From the NCBI GenBank assembly GCA_965228735.1, contig OZ245838.1, positions 704,001 to 768,000 of the forward strand: a stretch of 64,000 nt of DNA. The letters run 5' to 3'. Below are positions 30,398 to 40,400 of the stretch, one piece after another. The position numbers and the translations under genes are program-made. The DNA comes from Planctomycetota bacterium. Lineage in GTDB: Bacteria; Planctomycetota; UBA1135; UBA2386. How positions within the stretch are numbered: the stretch's first letter is position 1; every line of letters starts with the position of its first letter. The notes under the pieces were generated by a model, which did no database searches, was not told where the DNA came from, and saw nothing but the letters and a program-made list of their open reading frames with translations.

Positions 30398-31039
30398 GTG
30401 ACGACCGGCATCGTTCTGCTGTCGGGCGGGCTCGACTCGGGCGTGGCGGCTGCGCTGTTCGCGGAGGCGGATGGCCAGGACCTCGCGGAGGCCGTCTTCT
30501 TCGACTACGGCCAGCGCGCGGTGCAGCCGGAGCTCGCTGCCGCGAGCCGGCTCGCGGAGCGGTTCGGGATCGCGCTGCGTCGGATCGAGTTACCGTGGCT
30601 CACCGAGCTCGCGCGTGCCGCGGGCTCGGCGCTCGTGGATCGCGACCACGCGGTGCCTGCCGGCACCGCGGAACGACCGGGGGATGCGGCCTCGGCCGCC
30701 GCCGTCTGGGTGCCCGCGCGCAACGCGGTCTTCGTCGCGACGGCGGCGGCAGTCGCGGAGGCGGCAGGCCACGACACCGTCGTCGCCGGGTTCAACCGCG
30801 AGGAGGCGACCACGTTCCCCGACAACTCGCCGGCTTTCGTCGAAGCCTCGAACGCGTTCCTCGGGTTCGGCACCCGAAACGCGGTGCGGGTCGTGAGCCC
30901 GACGCTCGATCTCGACAAGCCGGGCATCGTGCGGCAGGCCCGACGGCTCGGGTTCGGGCCCGACGACTTCTGGTCGTGCTACGAGGGTGGGGCGCGGCCG
31001 TGCGGCCGCTGCGAATCCTGTCGGCGATCGCGCTGGTGA
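30398..31039 (+). CDS. queC: 7-cyano-7-deazaguanine synthase
   Basis: LLSGGLDS PP-loop, FDYGQR, VPARN, FPDN, WSCY...PCGRCESC. Confidence 0.9.
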   Translation: MTTGIVLLSGGLDSGVAAALFAEADGQDLAEAVFFDYGQRAVQPELAAASRLAERFGIALRRIELPWLTELARAAGSALVDRDHAVPAGTAERPGDAASAAAVWVPARNAVFVATAAAVAEAAGHDTVVAGFNREEATTFPDNSPAFVEASNAFLGFGTRNAVRVVSPTLDLDKPGIVRQARRLGFGPDDFWSCYEGGARPCGRCESCRRSRW

Positions 31040-31053
31040 GCGCGACCGGCCGC

Positions 31054-31725
31054 TCACTGCATCACGAGCCAGGTGTTGCCGTCCGCGCCGACCGAGTTGA
31101 TCGCGAGGCGGCCGCCCGTGATCTGGCTCGGCGGCACAGAGGACAGCGCGGCACCGGCCGGCGGCGCCTGCGTCACGCCCGAGTAGTCCGCCGTGCGGCA
31201 CGTCAGGACATCGCCCTGCTGGTTCACGAAGAACGCGGCTTTGCCGCTCGAGCCGATCGAGACCGGCCATGCGAGGCACGTCCAGCTGGTCTCGGCGAGG
31301 TCGGGGTCGACGTTCGCGAAGTTCGCCGGCGCGCCGAGGATGCCCGTGCCGGCCGCGTCGGGCAGATAGAGCGCGATGAGGTAGCCCTTGTTGGTGACGT
31401 AGCCGTTGGCCTGCGTCTCGCCCAGCGCCCGCGTCAGCGCGGTCGGTTCGAGCCGAACGCCGGCGCCGCGCAGCGTGGAGCGGCCGGCGAGTTCGACGAG
31501 GCTCAGCGCTTCGCCGATCCCGTCATGATCCTCGTCGACTGGCGCGCTGCCCATGACCTGCGCCTGCGCGGTCGCGATCGTCCGCAACGTCGCGACGATC
31601 GCGCGTTCATTGGCGGCCGTCTGGCTCGAGAGCACGTTGGGCACGGCGATGCCCGCAAGAATGCTGATGAACGCGGTCACGATAAGCAGTTCGATCAGCG
31701 TGAAGCCATGGTCGGTCTGTTGCAT
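31054..31725 (-). CDS. Prepilin-type N-terminal methylation domain protein
   Basis: G|FTLIELLIV cleavage site with E+5; AANERAIVATLRTIATAQ; AGGAG RBS upstream. Confidence 0.88.
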   Translation of the reverse strand: MQQTDHGFTLIELLIVTAFISILAGIAVPNVLSSQTAANERAIVATLRTIATAQAQVMGSAPVDEDHDGIGEALSLVELAGRSTLRGAGVRLEPTALTRALGETQANGYVTNKGYLIALYLPDAAGTGILGAPANFANVDPDLAETSWTCLAWPVSIGSSGKAAFFVNQQGDVLTCRTADYSGVTQAPPAGAALSSVPPSQITGGRLAINSVGADGNTWLVMQ

Positions 31726-31912
31726 CGGTAGTCTCCTTCGGGCCCTGTCTCACTGGCAGCTATTGGCTTCGGCGGCGGTCGGGGCCGCGCATCAGCGGTC
31801 CTCGCTGGCAGTCCCGGATCGACACCCGGAGCGCGAATGGGCCGTCCAGGAGCGAGACCGCGACGGTGCGAGCGCTCGTTCCGTGTCGAGGATTCCACTA
31901 AAGTCGGCGGCG

Positions 31913-32710
31913 ATGGTCGCGACGTTCGGCATCGTGAATCTGACCCATGACTCGTTCTCGGACGGCGGTCGCTACGTCGAGGGCGGCGCCGGGCTCGCGC
32001 ACGCGGCAGCTTTGCTCGCGGCTGGCGCCGACGTGATCGACCTCGGCGCCGAATCGACCCATCCGGCGGCGGCCGACGTCCCCGACGAAGTGCAGATCGG
32101 CCGGCTCGAGCCGGTGGTCACGGCGCTCGTCGAACGCGGCGCGAGGGTCAGCATCGACACCTGGCGACCCGGTGTCATGGCGGCGTTCGTCGAGCGCGGC
32201 ATCGCGTGGCTCAACTGCGTGCACGGCTTCCGCACGGCGGGGGCGCTCGACGTCGCTGCCGCGGCGCCCGCGAGCGTGCGGTTCGTCGTCATGTTCCAGC
32301 GCGGTGACGGCGCGCGGGCGAGCGGCGAGGGGGTTGGCGACGACGGTGACATCATCGCGGAGCTGCGCAGCTACTTCCGGGAGCGCATCGCGGCGTTCGC
32401 CGATCGCGGCATCGGGGTCGAACGCCTCGTGCTCGATCCCGGCATGGGCTTCTTCCTCGGGGCGACGGCCGCGCCGAGTCTGGCGGTGCTGCGCCGGCTG
32501 GACGAGCTCGCGGATCTCGGGGCCGAACGGATGATCTCCGTGTCACGCAAATCGGTGATCGGCGAGGTCACGGGACGGGCGGTCGCGGAGCGCGGGCCCG
32601 GCTCGCTCGCGACCGAACTCTGGGCGGCGCGGCGCGGCGTCGAATGGATCCGGACGCATGACGTCGGCGCGCTGCGTGACGGCCTGCTCATGGAGCAGGC
32701 ACTCGGGTGA
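31913..32710 (+). CDS. folP: Dihydropteroate synthase, Sul-like
   Basis: FGIVNLTHDSFSDGG, DLGAEST, SIDT, LDPGMGFFLG, SRKS, RTHDV. Confidence 0.92.
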   Translation: MVATFGIVNLTHDSFSDGGRYVEGGAGLAHAAALLAAGADVIDLGAESTHPAAADVPDEVQIGRLEPVVTALVERGARVSIDTWRPGVMAAFVERGIAWLNCVHGFRTAGALDVAAAAPASVRFVVMFQRGDGARASGEGVGDDGDIIAELRSYFRERIAAFADRGIGVERLVLDPGMGFFLGATAAPSLAVLRRLDELADLGAERMISVSRKSVIGEVTGRAVAERGPGSLATELWAARRGVEWIRTHDVGALRDGLLMEQALG

Positions 32711-33474
32711 TCCCGCTCCGTGACAACGTGCCGGCGAGCCGGCGGCCGGTGGTCACCCAGGCGATCGTGATCGCCTGCTCGGTCGTGTGGCTCGTGCAGC
32801 TCGCGCGACCCGAACTCGTCTACGAGCTCGGCATGGTGCCAGCACGGGTGTTCGATCCGACCGCGCCGCTGCGGGTGCCGGTGAGCGCGACCCGCTACGC
32901 GCTGGTCGACGCGCCGGCGGCCGTGCCGGACTGGTTCACCCTGCTGACGTGCACGTTCCTGCATGGCGGCTGGTTCCACTTCCTCGGCAACATGCTGTTC
33001 CTGTGGATCTTCGGCGACAACGTCGAAGATCGCCTGGGGCGTCCCGGTTTCGTGGGCTTCTATCTCGGCTGCGGCATCGCGGCCTCGGCGGCGCACCTGC
33101 TGATCTCACCGGATTCCGCGGTGCCGACAATCGGCGCGTCGGGGGCGATCGCCGGGGTGATGGGCGGCTACATGCTGCTCTATCCCCGCGCCCGGGTGGA
33201 GGTGCTGATCTTCCTGTTCTTCATCATCGACATCGTGTCGCTGCCCGCGGTGTTCTTCCTCGGCTTCTGGTTCGTGCTGCAGTTCATCCAGGGCACGCAA
33301 TCGCTCCGGGTCAGTCATGGCGGCGGGGTCGCGTTCTGGGCCCACATCGGCGGCTTCGTGGCCGGGGTCCTGGTGGTGCTGCTGCTCAAGCAGAACGGCT
33401 GGCTGCGACCGGAGCGGATCGCGACCCCGTTCCAACGGCGGCGGGTCCTGCGGCCCACGCGGCGCTTCTACTGA
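32707..33474 (+). CDS. Rhomboid family intramembrane serine protease
   Basis: MIPLRD, FLHGGWFHFLGNMLFLWIFGDNVED, GASGA, AHIGG. Confidence 0.95.
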   Translation: MIPLRDNVPASRRPVVTQAIVIACSVVWLVQLARPELVYELGMVPARVFDPTAPLRVPVSATRYALVDAPAAVPDWFTLLTCTFLHGGWFHFLGNMLFLWIFGDNVEDRLGRPGFVGFYLGCGIAASAAHLLISPDSAVPTIGASGAIAGVMGGYMLLYPRARVEVLIFLFFIIDIVSLPAVFFLGFWFVLQFIQGTQSLRVSHGGGVAFWAHIGGFVAGVLVVLLLKQNGWLRPERIATPFQRRRVLRPTRRFY

Positions 33475-33679
33475 CCGGCGCGGCAGTTCGGCGGCCGTTT
33501 CGCGATCGGTTGTCCAGAATTGCTCCTGGCTTCGGGTGATCCCGCACCGGGCCGTGCGATGGGCGGTGTGCCGGCCGTGGTTTCACCCGGTGCGGCGAGG
33601 CGAGAGCGGGCCTCTCAAGTCGCGCGGCGCGTTCGTCGAAAGTGCTCCCATAGCGCCGCTTTGCCGCGCGATTGGAGCC

Positions 33680-34645
33680 ATGGAAACGGTCAACGAGATC
33701 AAGGAACGGCTTTCTGCCAAGTCGCGCACTGCGACGCTCGAGGAGCTGCGGAGCGAAGGGCGGAAGCAGGTCCGTCTGATCCGGGCCGAGCACATCGCGG
33801 CGATGGTGTCGCAGGCCGTTCATGCGGCAATCGAGAACTCCGGCCTGATCGACCCTGCCGAGCACGAGCAGCTGGTCGAGAAGAGCCGCGAGGAGTTCAA
33901 GGAGATCCTCTCGGAGCGTCAGGCGGAGGCCAAGCGTGCCGAAGAGGTCGAACGTCGCCTCGCGGAGCGCACCGAGGAGCTCGAGGCGTTCCGCAGCCAG
34001 GTGACCTCGCTGGACGAGGCGCTCAACCAGGCCAAGGCCGAGCTCGCGGAGAAGGGCGACGGCGGTCCGGAGATCAAGAACGAGCTCGAGCTCGCGCAGC
34101 GCAGCGTGATGTCGCTCGAAGCCGAGGTCGAACGGTGCAAGGGCGAAGCGGAGTCGGCGCGCACTGAGGCCGAGGCTGCCAAGGCGAGCGCGCAGCAGCT
34201 GCAGATGCAGATGCAGCAGCTCCAGCAGATGCAGGCGCAGATGCCGCAGCAGGTGCCGGCGATGCCGATGCCCATGCAGCAACCGCAGGCTGCCGGCAAC
34301 ACCGACATGATGATGTCGCTGTTCCAGGAGATGGCCAACCTCAAGGCCAGCATGCAGGCCGGTCAGCAGCAGGTCGCTGCGGCCCCGGCCGACTCGAGCG
34401 GCGCCGATGTCGGCGCGATGCTCGAGAAGCTCACGAGCTCGCTCAACGACCGCCTCGAGACCTTCGGCAAGAAGATGGGGATCAGCGCGGCGGTCGAGAG
34501 CGACGTTCCGACGGACTTCAGCGGCCTGTTCAAGGGCGCGGAGGCAAACCTCGAATCCAACATGGACAACGTCGAGGTGAAGAAGAAGACCGGCGGCGGC
34601 ATCGCGGCCAACCTCGCCAAGCTGAAGAAGCTCAAGGGCGGCTAA
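33680..34645 (+). CDS. Coiled-coil protein with Q/M/P-rich linker and basic amphipathic C-terminus
   Basis: GGAG RBS before ATG 33680; E/A/K/Q-rich heptads; ends GGGIAANLAKLKKLKGG. Confidence 0.85.
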   Translation: METVNEIKERLSAKSRTATLEELRSEGRKQVRLIRAEHIAAMVSQAVHAAIENSGLIDPAEHEQLVEKSREEFKEILSERQAEAKRAEEVERRLAERTEELEAFRSQVTSLDEALNQAKAELAEKGDGGPEIKNELELAQRSVMSLEAEVERCKGEAESARTEAEAAKASAQQLQMQMQQLQQMQAQMPQQVPAMPMPMQQPQAAGNTDMMMSLFQEMANLKASMQAGQQQVAAAPADSSGADVGAMLEKLTSSLNDRLETFGKKMGISAAVESDVPTDFSGLFKGAEANLESNMDNVEVKKKTGGGIAANLAKLKKLKGG

Positions 34646-34736
34646 CCGCGCCGGCCGTGGCCCGGGTCGGGCCGCGACGGGGACGGGACGAAGAACACTT
34701 CAGGGGACCAACGAACTTCACGGGTAGGACTGACAG

Positions 34737-35780
34737 ATGACGGAAGAAAACGACAACATCGATCCGAGCACGAACAACGCAACCGAGACCGAGATCGGTC
34801 TTGGCAAGGGCCTCGACGTCGGCACGGCCAACCTCGCGGCAGCCGTCCAGAACGAAGAGGGCGGCATCACGGTCAACGTCGAGCGCAACGCGTTCCTGGA
34901 CATCCCGAGCGACGTCTACAGCAAGAACATGCTGAGCAAGCTCAAGGTGCCGTACGTCGTGCACAACACGAAGCTCGTCGTGATCGGCGAGGCCGCGTTC
35001 GAGCTCGCCAACGTCTTCGGGCGCGAGACGCGCCGCCCGATGATGGACGGCCTGATCAGCCCGCAGGAGCAGGACGCCTTGCCGATGATGAAGATGATCA
35101 TCAGCAAGATCCTCGGTGAGCCGCAGGTGCAGGGTGAGAACTGCTACTTCTGCGTGCCGGCCGAGTCGCTCGACGTGGACAACAACATCGTCTACCACCA
35201 GGGCCTGTTCGAGACGATGATCAACAGCATGGGCTACCAGGCCCACGCCATCAACGAGGCGCACGCCGTGGTCTTCTCGGAACTCGCCGAGAACGACTTC
35301 ACCGGCATCGGCCTCTCGTTCGGCGGCGGCATGGCCAACGCCTGCATCGCCTACAAGTCGATCCCGTGCCTGTCGTTCTCGGTGGCGCGCGGCGGCGACT
35401 GGATCGACAAGAACGTGTCGGGCGTCCTCGGTGTGCCGCGCAGCAAGGCGACGCACATCAAGGAGCGCGGCATCGACATCCGCGATCCGAAGAGCCGCGA
35501 GGAAGAGGCCGTGGCGATTTACTACCGCAGCCTCATCAACTACGTGCTCAGCAACATCAAGACCCGCTTCGAGTCGGGCCAGAACATGCCGAGCTTCAAC
35601 GATCCGGTCGACATCGCCTGCGCGGGCGGCACGTCGATGATCGGCGGCTTCATCGAGGTCTTCCGCGACGAGTTCGCGAAGATCGACTTCCCGATCCCGG
35701 TCGGTCGCATCTTCCGCAGCGAAGAAGCCCTGACGGCGGTCGCGAAGGGCTGCCTGGTCGCGGCTGCGATCGGCGAGTAG
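34737..35780 (+). CDS. Actin-fold ATPase, volactin-like
   Basis: Phosphate-1 GLDVGTANL, connect-1 INEAHAVV, phosphate-2 SFGGGMAN, GGDWID, adenosine AGGTS, connect-2 AVAKG. Confidence 0.88.
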   Translation: MTEENDNIDPSTNNATETEIGLGKGLDVGTANLAAAVQNEEGGITVNVERNAFLDIPSDVYSKNMLSKLKVPYVVHNTKLVVIGEAAFELANVFGRETRRPMMDGLISPQEQDALPMMKMIISKILGEPQVQGENCYFCVPAESLDVDNNIVYHQGLFETMINSMGYQAHAINEAHAVVFSELAENDFTGIGLSFGGGMANACIAYKSIPCLSFSVARGGDWIDKNVSGVLGVPRSKATHIKERGIDIRDPKSREEEAVAIYYRSLINYVLSNIKTRFESGQNMPSFNDPVDIACAGGTSMIGGFIEVFRDEFAKIDFPIPVGRIFRSEEALTAVAKGCLVAAAIGE

Positions 35781-35829
35781 CCCCAGTTTCGGGACCCAGT
35801 TCCGGGGCCCCGCTCCGGGAGTTCGTTCG

Positions 35830-35859
35830 AGCCCGCTTGCCGGTGACGGCGGGCGGGCT
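35830..35859. terminator. GC-rich hairpin between convergent genes (terminator-like)
   Basis: agcccgcttgccg-gtga-cggcgggcgggct, 13-bp stem with two G-U pairs. Confidence 0.5.
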
Positions 35860-35891
35860 TCACTCGTGTACGGTCCGAATCGGCAGCGGGC

Positions 35892-37244
35892 CTACCGCGG
35901 GCTCTTGGCGAGCTTCTCGCGCAGCAGCTCGAGCCCGCGCTCGAGGATCGGATCGCGGGTCTTCAGGTCGTCGGCCGTCGCCTCGACCACGACGTCGGGC
36001 GCGATGCCCTCGCCCTCGAAGCAGGTCCCGTCGGGCCGCAGGGCCTGCCAGCTCGGCAGCACGATCGTCACGCCGTTGCTCAGCTCGTGGGGCTTGGGGT
36101 TGCCGCTGCTGCCGTACGTCGGCTGGCCGACCTGCACGCAATCCGGGGCCTGGCGCATCATGAGCACGAAGGCCTCGTTGCTGCTCATCGCGTAGCGGCT
36201 CGTCAGGAGCGCGACCGGACCCGTGTAGCGCTCCTCGGGATTCGTGTGCCCGGTGATCGTGCGGTCGAGAATGCGGCCGAAGCCGTTCTTGCCGGCCCGC
36301 TCGCGGTAGCGGTTCCTGGCGTAGACCTTCTTGCCCTCGACGAACCACTCGGCGATGCGGATGGCCAGCAACTCGTTGCCGCCGGAGTTGACGCGGGCAT
36401 CGACGATCATGGCGCGGCAGTCGCGCATCGAGTCGAGGGCGTCCTCGATCGCGTCCATGTCGAGCGCGTCGGTCCACGAGGTCGTCATCAGATACCCGAT
36501 GCCGTCCTCCGTGCGGCCGTGGAGCGCGCGGTCGTTGCCGGCCGGTTTCACCGTCAGGTACTGGCCGAGGATGTTCGTCCGGATGAGCGGATCGACCGCG
36601 CGCCGCGCGGTCGCATAGTGCCGGTTCCCGAGCCGCAGGTAGACGTGGAGGTCGCCCGCCGACTCGAGCGTCCGGGCCACGGCGCCGGCCCAGCTCGCAT
36701 CCGTGGGGGAGGCGAGGATGGCCTTGCTCTTCGCCTTGAACTCCTTGCGCCAGTCGTCGACGCGCAGATCGTAGTACGAGTAGCGCCGGGCCATGACCTT
36801 CTGCAGCTCGTCGAGCGCCGCCTTGTTGCGCTTCTTCTGTTCGCGCGGATCGCGCAGCTCCGTCGGCAGGGTCGTGAACGTCCAGGCCACCGGCTCGAGG
36901 GCGACGCCGCGGGCGCTGCGGAAGTTCGTGAAGGTGTGGCTGTTCAGCCCGAAGCGGTACTCCTGATCGGCGTCGAGCTCGACGTCGATGACGAACGTCT
37001 TGCTGTTCTTCCATTTCACGCCCGTGATCTTGGGGAAGTTCGGGCCGCCGCCGACGACCGAGCGACCCTGGCCCATGGCCTGATCGAAGGTCACGACGAG
37101 CTGGGTGACCTCCTTGCTGTCGACGTCGAGTTGGCCGTTCGCCGGTGCCATCGACACGACGGTCGGTGGCTCCTGCGCTGGTGCGGCAGCGGGGGCGAGG
37201 GTGAGAACGGCCGGCAACAGCCAGCGGGCGCGCGATTCCGACAT
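35892..37244 (-). CDS. Secreted S41 family peptidase with N-terminal Ig-like domain
   Basis: Signal peptide; IVDARVNSGG, AMSSNEAF, VGQPTYGSSG, EGEGIAPD. Confidence 0.9.
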   Translation of the reverse strand: MSESRARWLLPAVLTLAPAAAPAQEPPTVVSMAPANGQLDVDSKEVTQLVVTFDQAMGQGRSVVGGGPNFPKITGVKWKNSKTFVIDVELDADQEYRFGLNSHTFTNFRSARGVALEPVAWTFTTLPTELRDPREQKKRNKAALDELQKVMARRYSYYDLRVDDWRKEFKAKSKAILASPTDASWAGAVARTLESAGDLHVYLRLGNRHYATARRAVDPLIRTNILGQYLTVKPAGNDRALHGRTEDGIGYLMTTSWTDALDMDAIEDALDSMRDCRAMIVDARVNSGGNELLAIRIAEWFVEGKKVYARNRYRERAGKNGFGRILDRTITGHTNPEERYTGPVALLTSRYAMSSNEAFVLMMRQAPDCVQVGQPTYGSSGNPKPHELSNGVTIVLPSWQALRPDGTCFEGEGIAPDVVVEATADDLKTRDPILERGLELLREKLAKSPR

Positions 37245-37401
37245 GACACCTCCGGGTTCGGTCAGTGTAGTCCGATGCCCGGCGGCCGGCCACGAGCCGC
37301 GCCCGATCGTGGGCGGCTACGGCTGCGGCGGCGGAACGAGGGACTCGAGCGCGGGCAGGTCATGGGGTGGCAGCGCCTTCGCGACGCCCTCACCCGTTCC
37401 G

Positions 37402-40400
37402 CTACGGCCCGAGCACCACCCGCACCCAGTTCGTGACCTCGCGGTCGACGAGGCTCACCGGATCGGCCGTGAACGCGGCGAACCAGACCTCGAGACCCGT
37501 GAGGAACGCGAGATTCGGGACGTCGACGAACGCGCTGGCCTGACCGTTCGAATCGAGGGTGCCGAGGAAGTTGCCGAACACCGGGCTCGCCGGGTTGAGG
37601 CTCGCGCCGATCAGGAAGCCGGGGCGCAGCGGCAGCAGGTTGCCGCCTATGAGCGGGATTCCGACGTCGTTGCCCTCGCTCGCGAGCAGCAGGTACAGCT
37701 GGCCGTTCTCGCCCGGAATAGTGAGATCGAGGTCGAGCCGTTGGCCGAGCGGCGCGTTCTCGCCGCTGCTCGTGAGCTCGCGCGGCTCGAGCAGGAAGGC
37801 GAGGCTCTGCTGCACGAGCCGGTCGCGCGCGCCGGCGTTCTGCATCGTGTCGAGCGGGAAGCCGAAGTGCACGACGCGGGCGCCGGTCACGGGATCGACG
37901 CGCTGAATGCCGGCGGCCTGGCCGTTGAAGTAGCGCAGGCAGACGTTGCCGCCCGTGCCGGCGGTCGGGCCGATCACGTCGGGGTAGTCGACGTCGTAGG
38001 TGCCGCCGGTGCCGTTGTCGAACGCGCTCGGCGGGATCCCCGCGGAGACGGTGCCCGCGATGCCGCCCATGAGTCCGTAGGTGTTGGCGTCATCGGCGAT
38101 GTAGGTCGCACCGATCTGGTTGCGATAGAACGCGCGGTCGCTCGCGGAGCCTTGCGAGTCGAGGTCCCAGCCGACCTCGGCGCCGGTCACGAGCAGCCCG
38201 CCGCCCTGCGCGAGGTAGGACTGCACGATGCTCTGCTCCGCCGCCGAGAACGTCTCGTCGGCCGTGCTCTCCTCACCGAGCGACCAGACGACGGCGCCGT
38301 AGGCCAGCGGCACGCGGCCGAGTGCGACGGCCTCGTTGGAGGCCGCATCGAAGCCGAGCGACGTGAACGCGCCGGCCCGGATCGAGCCGCCGATCAGTCG
38401 CAGGTAGTCGCGCGTGTTCTCCGGGCCCTTCACGTAGCGCCCGACGCGGTCGAAGCCCTGCACGAGCAGCGCCTGGGCCGTGCCGGTGTGATCCGTGCCG
38501 GCGGTGAGCACCTCGGTCGGGATCGATTGGCCCGAACCGTTCGTAGCCCGCACGCGGAACGAGCGCACGGTGTCGTAGGGCAGCGGGCCCGTCGACCAGC
38601 TCGTCGAGACGGTCGTGCCGGCCTCGACGAAGCTCTTGCCGTCCGGTGACCATTCGACGATGTAGCCGGTCGCGCTCGCGGCCTGGTCCCAGGCCACGAG
38701 CAGGCCGCGGCTGCCGTCCTGGGTCACGCGCAACGCGCGCGGCGGCTCGGGCACGAACGGCGCAGTCGGCGCGAAGTAGCGCATGATGCCGCGGGCGATC
38801 GCGCGGGCGCCGAGGTAGCGGAAGTCGGGGTCGTGCAGCGAGCGGTGATCGAACGAGCCGGCCGTGTCGTGGAACGCGAGCTCGAGCAGCACGCCCGGCA
38901 TCGTGCTCAGCAGGCGCACCTCGCCGAAGTTGGCCGATTGCTGGCCACGGTCGGTCCACGTCGCACTCCACTCGCTGCGCAGGTCGCTGATGATCTGGGT
39001 GTGGATGCGACTCTGCAACGTCGACGAGCCCGGCGTGGCGCCGCCCGAGTAGATGAACGAGCTCGTGCCCGCACCGCCGCCGGCGTTGGTGTGCAGCGAC
39101 ACGAAAGCGTCGGCGCCGCGCCACTCGGCGAACCGCGGGCGCGTCGTCACGTCATCGGCGTTGTCCTGGCCGGCCGTGTTGTAGACCGAGCTCGGCGCGC
39201 CGGCGAACTGCGTCCAGTAGCGGGCGCACTCCTGCCACCGCGGGCGACCGCTCGTGCTGCCGCCGCGGGCGATCGTGCCCACGCCGCCGCCGAGGCGCAT
39301 TGCGTCGGCGATCACGACGCCGCTGAGGAATGACTGGTTGCTGAGGGTGACCACCGCGTCGGACCCGGCGTCGAACCACCAGTTGCCGAGGTGGACCCAC
39401 GTGAGGTTGTCGACGGTCTGGTCGACCACGACCTCATCCGTTCCGGCCGCGTGCGTCACCCGGTAGAGCGCGGTCGGCGTGCGGTTGCCGCTCGCCCGGA
39501 ACCACGCGTAGATCGGATAGACGCCGCTCGTCGTCACCGGGATCGTCCAAGTTGCCGTGGCGGTCTCGGTCGGCGACGTGCCCGCGAAGCGGTACGTGCC
39601 GCCCAGGTAGCCCGAAGAACCGGACAGCGACCACGCGCCGTTCTCGGTGTAGCCGGGCGCGCCGCCGTCGTTGTCGGCGACGGCGTCGACGGTCAGCTCG
39701 CCGGTCTCGCGGCAGAGGATGACCTCGGCACCCATGTTTCGCAGCATCGGGATCAGATACCGGTTGCAGATCTCGGCGACGTGGATGTCTTCGAGCAGGC
39801 CGTCGATGAGCGGCCGTTGCGTTGTCCAGCCGAGCGTGCTGTGCCAGTAGTAACCGTGCCCGGGTGAGATCGCGATGCGGCGGCCGTTCAGAATGCCGCT
39901 CGCGACGCTCGCGGCCGCGGTCGAGCCCTGGCCGTTCTGTGGAACGTTCGGGCTCCGGTCGAGCGCGGGCCGTTGCCGCGCTGGTCGCTGCCGTGCTGGC
40001 GGGTGGCCGAGCAGCGTGCCGAGGTCGCTCTCCGTGCCGTCGGCGTTCTGGAGGCGCAGCTCGACGTGCTGGATGGCAGGGTCGGAGAGCGCGGTCTTCT
40101 GGATCTGCTCGAGGGCGTCTTCGCGCGCGGTCGCGGTGAGGAGGTCGGAAGTGAAGACCAGCGTCGCGCGGCCCGTGCCGTTCGGGTCGGTCGTGATCCG
40201 ACAGTCGACGAGCCGGGTCGCGCGGGGCACATGCGTCGTCCACCCGTGCGCGCGCTGACCCGCGTCGGGGCCGCGCAGCAGACGTTGGACTGCGGCCCGC
40301 GCGCCGGCATGCGTCGCGTCGTCCGCGACGAGCCCGCCGGCTTGGATGAACAGCGCGCGTTGCGCGGTCACCGCGCCGGTGGCGAGCGCGATGGCGCAGA

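Noticed and set aside
25966..30411. 1481-aa minus-strand ORF (similar cases: 2010-4952, 46830-51134, 41894-43672)
   Set aside because: Antisense shadows of well-supported genes; long stop-free reverse frames are expected at this GC content and show no motifs
31800..32800. Mobile sul cassette
   Set aside because: No integrase, attC, ISCR or transposase nearby; the gene overlaps a rhomboid gene and has host-like composition
34737..35780. Calling the actin homolog mreB, ftsA or mamK
   Set aside because: Motif details differ and there is no mreCD, dcw or magnetosome context
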